24,424 nt of DNA from Candidatus Odinarchaeota archaeon (GTDB lineage: Archaea; Asgardarchaeota; Odinarchaeia; Odinarchaeales; Odinarchaeaceae). A program made the translations under genes and the position numbers. Where the stretch lies: positions 1 through 24,424 of the forward strand of contig JAWBON010000016.1 in NCBI GenBank assembly GCA_038826135.1. Direction: 5' to 3'. Positions 16,941-24,424 of this stretch are shown here, in pieces; the first letter of the stretch is position 1, and each line of letters opens with the position of its first letter. Below the pieces are notes generated by a model. The model made no database searches, had not been told where the DNA came from, and was given only the letters and a program-made list of their open reading frames with translations.

Positions 16941-18383
16941 ATGATTATGGAATTAAATCAGCGGTTTAAGCATTTTAATTTTAAGGAGAAGGTTTTAGGT
17001 CAGTATTTCACTCCTACTGAGGTCTCAGATTTTATTATCTCCTTAGCTTTAATTCATTTAAAAAATAAGGGGTCTGCTTGTGATCCTGCGTGCGGTGACG
17101 GTGTTTTTTTAAACTCTATGGTTAAATACGGGTTTAATGAGATTGTTGGAGTGGATGTTGATCGGGTATGTTTGTCGATGTTGTCTGGTGCTATCAAGGG
17201 GCGTGTAAATTTATACACGGGGGATGCGCTTCAAAGAGGCGTGGATGAAGAGGGGGGGCTCAATCAACTTAAAGAAAACTATTTTGATTTAGTAGCTGGT
17301 AATCCTCCTTTCAGTGCAAAGTACGGGCGTGTTACTGACCCGAATATTTTATTATGGTACGATACGGGTGCCGGCCGACGCTCTCAGGCTATAGAAGTTT
17401 TATTTTTAGAGCGTTTCATTCAATTAGCTAGAGCCGGGGGAGTTATCGGTATTATACTGCCTGATGGAGTTTTTCTTAATTTAAATTACAGGAAGGTTAG
17501 AGAGTTTATTTTAAGTAAATGTAAGGTTTTAGCTGTAATCTCTCTTCCCAGGTTGATTTTTAACAGTTTAAAGAGAACGTCTTCTAAGACTTCTATTCTG
17601 TTTTTAATGAAGGGATTTAGACATGAAGGCGGTGTTTTCACCGCTCAAGTTGAAAATTTGCAAGATTTACCTGGCATTCTCAATGCTTATAAGCGGCATC
17701 ACCGGTCTAATTTTTCCCGCCGGGTTAATATTACCGCAGATTCTTTTCTCCCTGAAAAACATATTATAAGCGAAAAATTAAATTTTAAACTTCCAACGGC
17801 TAAGCTTAAAGATTTAATAGACGGGATGTTTTGCGGTGGGACCGTCTACGGGGAGAAAAGAAGGTTTAGTGATAGTGGTGTGCGTTTTATATCCGCGAAG
17901 ACTGTTACACCGCTAGGCTTAGATTTTACTAGGGAAAGCCGTAAATATGTTGAGCCGGGCAGTTTGATGGATAAAATTAAAGCACGTGTGAGAGTAGGTG
18001 ATGTTTTATTTGTGAGAGTGGGGGTTGGCTGTATAGGGCGGGCGGCTGTCGTGGTGGATGAGCGTGATCTGGGTGTTGCTGATGACTGGATATATATTAT
18101 AAGACCGCGGGAGCGGCTTTCACCATATTATTTAACAGTTTTTTTACAGTCAAGGTATGGACGTCTTCAATTAGAAGGTATTAAGAGAGGGGTTGGAACG
18201 GTAACCGCTCCTCAGACTTTGTTAAAAGAGTTTATTATCCCGGTTCCTGAAATTCGATTTCAAGAATCTTTTAATGAAGATTATTTGAGGATGGTGGATT
18301 TTAGAAGGAGAGGAGATTACACTGCAGCTGAAAAAATATTTCAAGCAATGCTGGTTAAACTTGAAGAGTATATTAAAGTCTAA
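16941..18383 (+). CDS. N6-adenine DNA methyltransferase fused to a single type I S-like target recognition domain
   Basis: GQYFTP, motif I DPACGDGVFL, motif IV NPPF, GIILPDG. C-terminal third has the TRD pattern (RFISAKTV, GDVLFVRVG...IGRAAV, YYLTVFLQS..G, GTVT...LKEFIIPVP). Confidence 0.87.
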   Translation: MIMELNQRFKHFNFKEKVLGQYFTPTEVSDFIISLALIHLKNKGSACDPACGDGVFLNSMVKYGFNEIVGVDVDRVCLSMLSGAIKGRVNLYTGDALQRGVDEEGGLNQLKENYFDLVAGNPPFSAKYGRVTDPNILLWYDTGAGRRSQAIEVLFLERFIQLARAGGVIGIILPDGVFLNLNYRKVREFILSKCKVLAVISLPRLIFNSLKRTSSKTSILFLMKGFRHEGGVFTAQVENLQDLPGILNAYKRHHRSNFSRRVNITADSFLPEKHIISEKLNFKLPTAKLKDLIDGMFCGGTVYGEKRRFSDSGVRFISAKTVTPLGLDFTRESRKYVEPGSLMDKIKARVRVGDVLFVRVGVGCIGRAAVVVDERDLGVADDWIYIIRPRERLSPYYLTVFLQSRYGRLQLEGIKRGVGTVTAPQTLLKEFIIPVPEIRFQESFNEDYLRMVDFRRRGDYTAAEKIFQAMLVKLEEYIKV

Positions 18384-18407
18384 GATTTAAACTATTATTG
18401 AGGGAGT

Positions 18408-19265
18408 ATGGAGAACTATCAGAGATTTTTAACTGAAGGGTTTAAACCCTTCAACCCATTGGAGTTGGCGGAGAAAACCGAGCGGATTGTAACAAGGCAG
18501 AGTGAGGATGGGCTGGAGAGAAAGTACACTCGCTTCTACACGGCTTCTGTTTACGGTGGTATAGCTACTGGCTACGCTGTTGGTTGTTGTCTGCGTTGTT
18601 TTTACTGTTGGTCTAATTGGTCTAGAGATTTTCCGGAAAGATTCGGTGAGTTTTACTCTCCAAGACAGGTTGCTCGGAATCTTTTTAAAGCTGCAGGTGA
18701 ATGCGGATGGGGTTCTAGTAATTTCATTAAATCTAAAAGATTAGTTGACAGGCTTAGACTCTCTGGCTGTGAGCCTACTATTGGAATGAAGCATTTACTC
18801 AGTGTTTTAAAGTTTGTTGCAGAATCAGAATACTCTCTTTTCATCCTGGAAACTAACGGGATCATTATTGGAAGTAATAGAGAGTATGCTAGGAAGCTTT
18901 CAGAGTTTAAAGAGAAACTGTATGTTAGAGTCTCTTTTAAAGCAGCCACACCGGAGGGTTTCACTCAGCGAACTGGGGCGATCGGAGAGTTTTACAAGCT
19001 TCCGTTTAAAGTTTTAGAGTATCTTTTAAATGAAGGCTTATATGTGAGAGCGGCGGCTATGACTGATGAGAGAGTGATGTCTAAGGGTGAGCGAGCGCTT
19101 CTGATTCAAATGCTGGATGGTATCGATCCTAAAGCAAACTATGCGGAGACCTTGGAGGAGGAGGTTATATACCCTTATAGTATGAGTGTGAATAGGATAA
19201 GGGCTTTTAAAGACGGGTTTTTCGCGGATAAAATTACTCGAAGCATTCTTAAGAAAAAACGTTAA
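18408..19265 (+). CDS. Radical SAM protein of unknown function
   Basis: CxxxCxxC (CCLRCFYC), RLSGCEP, ILETNG, VRVSFKA. SD GAGGGAG. Confidence 0.88.
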   Translation: MENYQRFLTEGFKPFNPLELAEKTERIVTRQSEDGLERKYTRFYTASVYGGIATGYAVGCCLRCFYCWSNWSRDFPERFGEFYSPRQVARNLFKAAGECGWGSSNFIKSKRLVDRLRLSGCEPTIGMKHLLSVLKFVAESEYSLFILETNGIIIGSNREYARKLSEFKEKLYVRVSFKAATPEGFTQRTGAIGEFYKLPFKVLEYLLNEGLYVRAAAMTDERVMSKGERALLIQMLDGIDPKANYAETLEEEVIYPYSMSVNRIRAFKDGFFADKITRSILKKKR

Positions 19266-19266
19266 A

Positions 19267-20619
19267 TTATATTTTTATCAATTCACCTATTTCTGGTTTA
19301 ATAACCGGCTGGTTTAGTGTTTTTTCAAATAACTCCGGGTGTTCCGTGTGGACTGGGATGATTTTACCCGGTTTTATTTCTTTAATAATCTGGGTGATAT
19401 CGTTTTTAGAAGCGTGTCCTGAAGAATGTAACTGGTAAAATTTTAGTTTGAAATGTTCAACCCAGTTTGCCATAACCTCCGCCTCCACATCCTCCTCTGA
19501 GAAGGGTTCGCTCATAGAGTGTATGAATAGGCTTCCCGGTATGGGTTTAATATCGATAAGCTCGGTGAAAGAGTAGAATGTTAAGTGTAGTAGATAGTTT
19601 TTCTGCTTTTTACTTATCTCTTCCGCGGTGACCATTTTATTCATGAACTGTCTTTCCCATTTATAATAGTCTTTTTCATCGTAGCTTCCACTAGACTTCT
19701 TTTTATAGTAGACGAGTATGTTTTTATCCTGTAATGGGTCTGGGATTTTCAGCTTCTCTTTTACTTTACTGAATAGGTATGCTGTTTTAGTTGAGATTAC
19801 AAGGCTTCGAGAGTTTCTTACCGCTATTTCATATAATGTTCTGAAACGATCTATATCTCTACTGTATGAAGTGGCTACGACTAGCTTATCGCTTTTTTCA
19901 ACTAATCTTACGCCGATTTCAAGCACCTGGTTTTCAGTGTACAATTGCCTTCTCTCATCAGGGGCTACTCTGGTCCCCTCCGATATTAAAGCTACTGGTT
20001 TATCTTCTCCGGCTCTTTGAATGAATTCATCTGTCATGTTTTGCATAGGGCCGTGCCTTCTAATATCCCCGGTGTATACTAGGGTGCCGTCTGATGTATG
20101 GATTAGAAAGCCGTAGGCTCCCGGTATTGAATGATCAACGTGGATAGGCTCTACTTCTATGTTATCGGAAACAGTTAATTTATCCCCTGATTTAAATACA
20201 CGGTATTCATGTTCACCATAATATGCTGAGGGGCTTGTATCCTCCTCTACTTCTATGAATGTTTTAGCTCCATGCCCGCAGTATACTGGTATGGCGGGGT
20301 CGATGAATTTTATGTGGTTTACATGGTCGAAATGAGCGTGTGATAAGAGTACCGCGTCTACACTAGGTGGGCAATACTCTAAGTCTGTACCATTCAACAT
20401 GTCTTTCGAGTAGACTCCTTTTATTTTCGGTAATAGATTAAATTCAAAATAGTCTTTGCAGCCGGATACATTTCGAGGTTGAAGCCAGCCTATAAAATAG
20501 TTTTCCCCGCATGTGAAGGATTGACCGAAATCTAGGAAAATTCTACTCTCCTTATGCTCTAGTAATATCTTGTTTCCCCCTATTTCACCAACCCCGCCGT
20601 AGAATGTGAGTTTAATCAT
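19267..20619 (-). CDS. MBL-fold beta-CASP hydrolase, RNase J-related
   Basis: GGVGEIGGN, LDFG, SHAHFDH, DHS, YTGDIR, HSSGH, PVHTEH. Confidence 0.88.
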   Translation of the reverse strand: MIKLTFYGGVGEIGGNKILLEHKESRIFLDFGQSFTCGENYFIGWLQPRNVSGCKDYFEFNLLPKIKGVYSKDMLNGTDLEYCPPSVDAVLLSHAHFDHVNHIKFIDPAIPVYCGHGAKTFIEVEEDTSPSAYYGEHEYRVFKSGDKLTVSDNIEVEPIHVDHSIPGAYGFLIHTSDGTLVYTGDIRRHGPMQNMTDEFIQRAGEDKPVALISEGTRVAPDERRQLYTENQVLEIGVRLVEKSDKLVVATSYSRDIDRFRTLYEIAVRNSRSLVISTKTAYLFSKVKEKLKIPDPLQDKNILVYYKKKSSGSYDEKDYYKWERQFMNKMVTAEEISKKQKNYLLHLTFYSFTELIDIKPIPGSLFIHSMSEPFSEEDVEAEVMANWVEHFKLKFYQLHSSGHASKNDITQIIKEIKPGKIIPVHTEHPELFEKTLNQPVIKPEIGELIKI

Positions 20620-20641
20620 AGTTAACCCCTATAATAAGAGT

Positions 20642-20866
20642 TTATTCGACTGTTATTTCAACTATTTTGTTTTTCGATTTTAAACCTGAGATGATCTTTA
20701 CCTGTGATGTGGATATTTTGAAGTGTTTAGCGATTTTCTTAACTAATTCTTTATTCGCTTCTCCTCTTTCAGGTTTTGATTTTAAACCTGCAATTATTCT
20801 ATTCTCTTCAACTATGAGAAAATCATCGTGGAATTTAACTTCAACTGTGTATCTCATTCCAGTCAC
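20642..20866 (-). CDS. DUF167 / UPF0235 family protein
   Basis: KPERGEANKELVKKIAKHF...V.IISG.KS.NK.VEI pattern. Confidence 0.85.
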   Translation of the reverse strand: MTGMRYTVEVKFHDDFLIVEENRIIAGLKSKPERGEANKELVKKIAKHFKISTSQVKIISGLKSKNKIVEITVE

Positions 20867-20922
20867 TTTTATAATTAACTAGATTTTTAGAAAACCATTA
20901 TATAATAAGTGTGAAGTTGACT

Positions 20923-21459
20923 TTATTTAATTATGAATTCGGATAGTGTTTTTTCATGTATCTTAAGGTTCAGTTCACTGTGGAGCACAAATCTTATTCT
21001 TTTAACATGTTTCAGGTTCGGGATTGTCTCTAAAACTGTTTTAAACGCGATTTCAGCAGCCTCCTCTACAGGATAGTTAAATGCGCCTGTTGAAATAGCC
21101 GGGAACGCTATGGAATCTATCTTATATTTTTCAGCGAGTTTCAACGCGTTCCGGTAGCAGTTTGCTAAAAGCTCAGCTTCCGGTTTATCAACACCGTACA
21201 CTGGGCCTAAACAGTGTATTACGTAACGGTTTGGAAGATTATGACCACCGGTGATTACAGCTTCCCCTGGCCTGATAGGTGCAAGCGGTTTACACTCTTC
21301 TTCAAGGCCGGGTCCAGCTGCTCGATGTATCGCTCCCGCTACTCCTCCACCTCTTTTAAGCTGAGCATTTGCAGCGTTGACAACAGAGGTTATACCTGTT
21401 TGAGATGCAATATCCCCCTTAACGCATTCTATTAAAACACCTGAGATCTTCACTTGCAT
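20923..21459 (-). CDS. Macrodomain protein (MacroD/YmdB-type ADP-ribose hydrolase)
   Basis: GDI, VNAAN, GGGVAGAIHRAAG, VIHCLGP, AFPAISTG. Confidence 0.93.
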   Translation of the reverse strand: MQVKISGVLIECVKGDIASQTGITSVVNAANAQLKRGGGVAGAIHRAAGPGLEEECKPLAPIRPGEAVITGGHNLPNRYVIHCLGPVYGVDKPEAELLANCYRNALKLAEKYKIDSIAFPAISTGAFNYPVEEAAEIAFKTVLETIPNLKHVKRIRFVLHSELNLKIHEKTLSEFIIK

Positions 21460-21580
21460 ATTAATCCCTTTATATTATAATATTTTAATTTCCAGTTAAT
21501 TATATTTAACTCGCGTTAACTTCTTCCCCACCATAAAGCTTAAAATATTAGGGGTGTAAACGAGAATAGAAGCCTATGAT

Positions 21581-21687
21581 GGGACCGTAGCTCAGCTTGG
21601 TTAGAGCGCACGGCTGATAACCGTGATGGTAAATATAATTATTTACCTCGGTACAGGTCCGGGGTCCAAATCCCCGCGGTCCCACCA
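21581..21687 (+). tRNA. tRNA-Ile(GAT) with 29-nt intron at 43/44, CCA encoded
   Basis: GGGACCG/CGGTCCC acceptor, GCTC/GAGC D-stem, CACGG-CTGATAA-CCGTG anticodon arm, AGGTC variable loop after intron removal, CGGGG-TCCAAAT-CCCCG T-arm. Confidence 0.93.
21626..21654 (+). other. tRNA intron at 43/44 (29 nt)
   Basis: ACCG/CGGT central helix, TGA and ACA bulges, GGTAAAT/ATTTACC inner stem. Cutting after nt 2 of each bulge gives CCGTG-AGGTC. Confidence 0.88.
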
Positions 21688-21696
21688 TTCTATTCT

Positions 21697-22113
21697 TTAA
21701 GGTAAATATATTTCAGAGATCAGCTTTGTTTTAGCTTCTTCAAATGATTGATGATAGATTAGTGTAACATCTACATAATACCTTGTCATTCTAGACAGGG
21801 CTGTTAAATAAACATTGAACTCTCCATGTCCATCTATATCTGGTGTTTTAAAAGGTTGAAGCGAGGCGGCGCCTTCACGGCTGGTGATTGATACGAATCC
21901 GTTTATATTAGAAATTATATTAGCGCTTTTATTAATTATCTTAAGGAATAGATTCGGTTTATTCTCGAATTCTTTAAAATAGAATTCTAAGTGTACACAT
22001 TCACTGGTTTTACTCCGGCACTCCCTGTTTTTTACAGTAGGTATTTTGATAACAGCGTATACTAGAATAGCTGAAACAAAGGTGAATAATGCGATCAATA
22101 CTACTGATAGCAC
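21697..22113 (-). CDS. Hypothetical membrane-anchored protein (N-terminal TM helix, probably beta-rich domain)
   Basis: GTG start with strong SD GGGGAGGAG, hydrophobic residues 2-22, alternating beta-strand patterns downstream. Confidence 0.65.
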   Translation of the reverse strand: MLSVVLIALFTFVSAILVYAVIKIPTVKNRECRSKTSECVHLEFYFKEFENKPNLFLKIINKSANIISNINGFVSITSREGAASLQPFKTPDIDGHGEFNVYLTALSRMTRYYVDVTLIYHQSFEEAKTKLISEIYLP

Positions 22114-22165
22114 TCTCCTCCCCTCTACTAAGAAATTGAATTTAGTGCGATATAAATTTTTTTAA

Positions 22166-23212
22166 TTAGAAAATCCATGATCCGTTCTCTATTATTTTCT
22201 GGTCGTCGAACCAGACTGTTATGTTAGGGTAAACGAAGTCTATGTGAATGTCAGCCTTATTAAAGCCTCCGAAATGGCTGTTATCCCCTAAAGCTATGTG
22301 AACTGTGCCCTTTATTTTTTCAGCTTCCAGAATGTTGCCAGGGTTCTTAGCCTGAGGGTTTGTTCCTATTCCGAATTCTGCTATACATCTTCTAGCAGTA
22401 AACTTTTTTTCACAGTCTCTCTTGCCGATGCCTAAGAGATTTTTAAAATATTTGCCTATTTCCCCACCGCCGATTATATCTTTTACAAACCCGTTTACCA
22501 CTGTTATTTTCATATCTTCTCTCAGATTCGGATACCAGCCTTTTTTAACATATAATATGCCGTTAGCTGAACCCTCTAATGGAGCGCAGTAGACTTCTCC
22601 TGCAGGCAGATTCCCCCAGCGCCCCGGTTCAGTGTATAAGCCGTAATCTGGTATGAACGTTCGACTGCCTTTTTCCAAGGTTAGCTCTGTGCCCTCAGGT
22701 GAACTTATTTTTATCTTATTGACTGAAGCTCCTTTAGAGGCTAGTTTTTTAGTTTCACAGGCTATTATGTTATAGTCCACGTCCATAGGTCCGCCTGGCT
22801 TTAACATGTTTTTAGTGAAACCTGGCATGGAAGCAACCCTGGCACCTTTCTCGGAAGCACTCCGCCTAGCATCTGTGTGTGACAGGGAATGGGTTGTCAG
22901 TATAATTATAACGTTGTGTTTTAGCATGGCTTCAGCAACTTTTCTAGGAGGCTCCGCCCCGCTTATCCCTCTGCTTGTAAAAGTTAACAGATTAGTCTCG
23001 GAGGTGAACTGTTTTCTACATATCTTGAAGAATTTAACGGCTAGTAGCGTTCTCTCAAACATGGTTTTAAGTTCATTCTCCGTCTTGATTTTAAGCTCCT
23101 CACTGTTAGGTAAATCGTTTAATATAAGGCATTTCTCACCCTCACCGACGTTTAGATTAATTTTCAGAAGTTTTACAATATTATTTGATATAGAGTCGAA
23201 TAATCTAATCAT
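22166..23212 (-). CDS. M29 family (AmpS/AmpT-like) aminopeptidase
   Basis: SLSHTDAR, NLPAGEVYCAP, AEFGIGTN, EAEKIKGTVHIALG, HIDFV. Start at ATG 23212 behind AGGTG. Confidence 0.88.
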   Translation of the reverse strand: MIRLFDSISNNIVKLLKINLNVGEGEKCLILNDLPNSEELKIKTENELKTMFERTLLAVKFFKICRKQFTSETNLLTFTSRGISGAEPPRKVAEAMLKHNVIIILTTHSLSHTDARRSASEKGARVASMPGFTKNMLKPGGPMDVDYNIIACETKKLASKGASVNKIKISSPEGTELTLEKGSRTFIPDYGLYTEPGRWGNLPAGEVYCAPLEGSANGILYVKKGWYPNLREDMKITVVNGFVKDIIGGGEIGKYFKNLLGIGKRDCEKKFTARRCIAEFGIGTNPQAKNPGNILEAEKIKGTVHIALGDNSHFGGFNKADIHIDFVYPNITVWFDDQKIIENGSWIF

Positions 23213-23266
23213 AAAAACGCACCTGGTAACTGTATGCAAAGTATTTTTCTCGGAGATCTATTAAAA

Positions 23267-23557
23267 TTAGCCTGCGCCGAGAGCTGGGAACATGGAGAGC
23301 TCATCCCCGTCTGATATCTCGGTGTCGAATCTTGAGAGTGAGACTATATCCCTGCCGTTAACAACGATTCTGACTCTGCCGGTTGCTTGACCCTTCTCAT
23401 CCATTACTTTACCTTTTACATCTTTACCGGTGGTCTGTGTTATTTTTTCAATTATATCTTTTACCGTGTATTTTTTACCTTCATCTAATTCTAAATTAAG
23501 TTCCCTAATACCCATGAATATTCCCATATTAGCTAGGAATTTAACTGTAATCTTCAT
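23267..23557 (-). CDS. MoaD/ThiS/SAMP family ubiquitin-like protein
   Basis: ITVKFLA, IVVNGRDI, DGDELSMFP, terminal Gly (LGAG). Confidence 0.85.
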   Translation of the reverse strand: MKITVKFLANMGIFMGIRELNLELDEGKKYTVKDIIEKITQTTGKDVKGKVMDEKGQATGRVRIVVNGRDIVSLSRFDTEISDGDELSMFPALGAG

Positions 23558-23667
23558 CTCTTATCCCTCGAATATATAAAATATAATGCTGTTATAAATT
23601 TTTCTCATAAAAATTAATCTTAATGTTAATATTTAGAAAGCTGAATAAAATTATTCAGGTGAGCTTA

Positions 23668-24424
23668 TTGTTTGATAAGGACGCTATCGGGGAGTATAAA
23701 ATTGATAAGGTTCAGGAGGCTAAAAGAATAATTGATAAAGCCATCGAGGAAAACGTTGTTTTAAAGCTTATAGGCGGCTTAGCTGTTAGAAACCATTGTG
23801 AGATAATAGACTTCTGTGAAAGAGACTACTCTGACATAGATCTGGTGGGGTTGAGTAAACAGTTTAAAGAGATTGAAAGAGTTTTCTCAGAGTTAGGCTA
23901 TGTGGAGAATAAGGATGTTTTAGTAGCGTCTGGGGGGATCGTCTGCAATTCTTGACACGGGATGGTCGTGAACACATCGATGTTTTTATGGATAAATTTG
24001 ATATGGATCACGATGTAATCGATTTGAAGGAGAGATTAAACATTGAAAAATACACGATCTCTCTAAGTGATCTTCTACTTACTAAAATTCAGATACACAA
24101 GATTAACGAGAAAGATGTTAGAGATATTCTTACAATACTTAAAGATATACCTTACGGATATAAGGATCAGCCGGGGGTGGTTAACTTTAAGTATATCACA
24201 CAGAAATGCTCGGATGACTGGGGACTATACTATGATGTGATGGTGAACATAGATAAGTGTCTGAACTTGATGGGGAATTACACGCTCACCCCGCAGGAGG
24301 CTGAAAGAATAAGAAACAGTTTATTAACTTTGAAAAAATTCATAAAAGATGAGCCTAAAACCAAGAAGTGGGTTAAACGGTCAAAAATAGGTGTGAGAAA
24401 ACAGTGGTGGAATATAATAGAAGC
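23668..24424 (+). pseudogene. Nucleotidyltransferase-fold-like protein, -1 frameshift in G6 run, 3'-truncated by window edge
   Basis: TTG 23668 behind AGGTGA, with LIGGLAV and SDIDLVG (DxD). Adding one G at 23932-23937 continues as GDRLQFLTRDGREHIDVFMDKFDMDH...SDLLLTKIQI..INEKDVRD...DWGLYY, open to base 24424. Confidence 0.75.

Noticed and set aside
418-23264. Numerous short ORFs antisense or nested within assigned genes (e.g. 418-639, 3338-3583, 6704-7096, 13757-14065, 18653-18964, 22806-23264)
   Set aside because: They shadow well-supported genes and have no SD or recognisable motifs.
20923-24424. Macrodomain + ubiquitin-like + peptidase + nucleotidyltransferase as a CBASS/Bil-type defence operon
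   Set aside because: The genes are not co-oriented, a tRNA splits them, no E1/E2/JAB or effector is present, and the peptidase is a housekeeping M29 type.
1-24424. CRISPR array, rRNA, IS element or provirus
   Set aside because: No regularly spaced repeats, rRNA-like GC-rich tract, transposase, integrase or capsid-like ORF seen.

Overview
Compact, AT-rich archaeal chromosome segment (archaeal-type GAPDH, aRF1, ValRS, Ftr, CofE, BHB-type tRNA introns). A thermophilic TACK/Asgard-like host is my inference and cannot be proven from this window. The left two thirds is housekeeping: mobA (partial), cofE, gap, rtcB with a 488-aa LAGLIDADG intein at its catalytic Cys, a minus-strand run of APH-like kinase, APS-kinase-like protein, IMPase and ftr, then a membrane protein, moaE, tRNA-Leu(CAA), a wHTH protein, pyrH, aRF1, an ORFan, valS and tRNA-Ala(CGC). 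Right of tRNA-Ala lies a more accessory region: a doubly frameshifted CPBP/Abi protease, a restriction-less N6-adenine methylase-TRD fusion, a radical SAM protein, a beta-CASP MBL nuclease, DUF167, a macrodomain, tRNA-Ile(GAT), an M29 aminopeptidase, a MoaD/SAMP-like protein and a frameshifted nucleotidyltransferase-like gene running off the end. The most unusual signals are not in the ORF track. tRNA-Leu carries two 17-nt introns at non-canonical positions (variable arm and T-loop 59/60) that are complementary to each other. tRNA-Ile has a 43/44 intron and C instead of U at position 55. The RtcB ligase needed for such introns itself requires protein splicing. Base composition flips sharply from C/A-rich to G/T-rich at tRNA-Ala.
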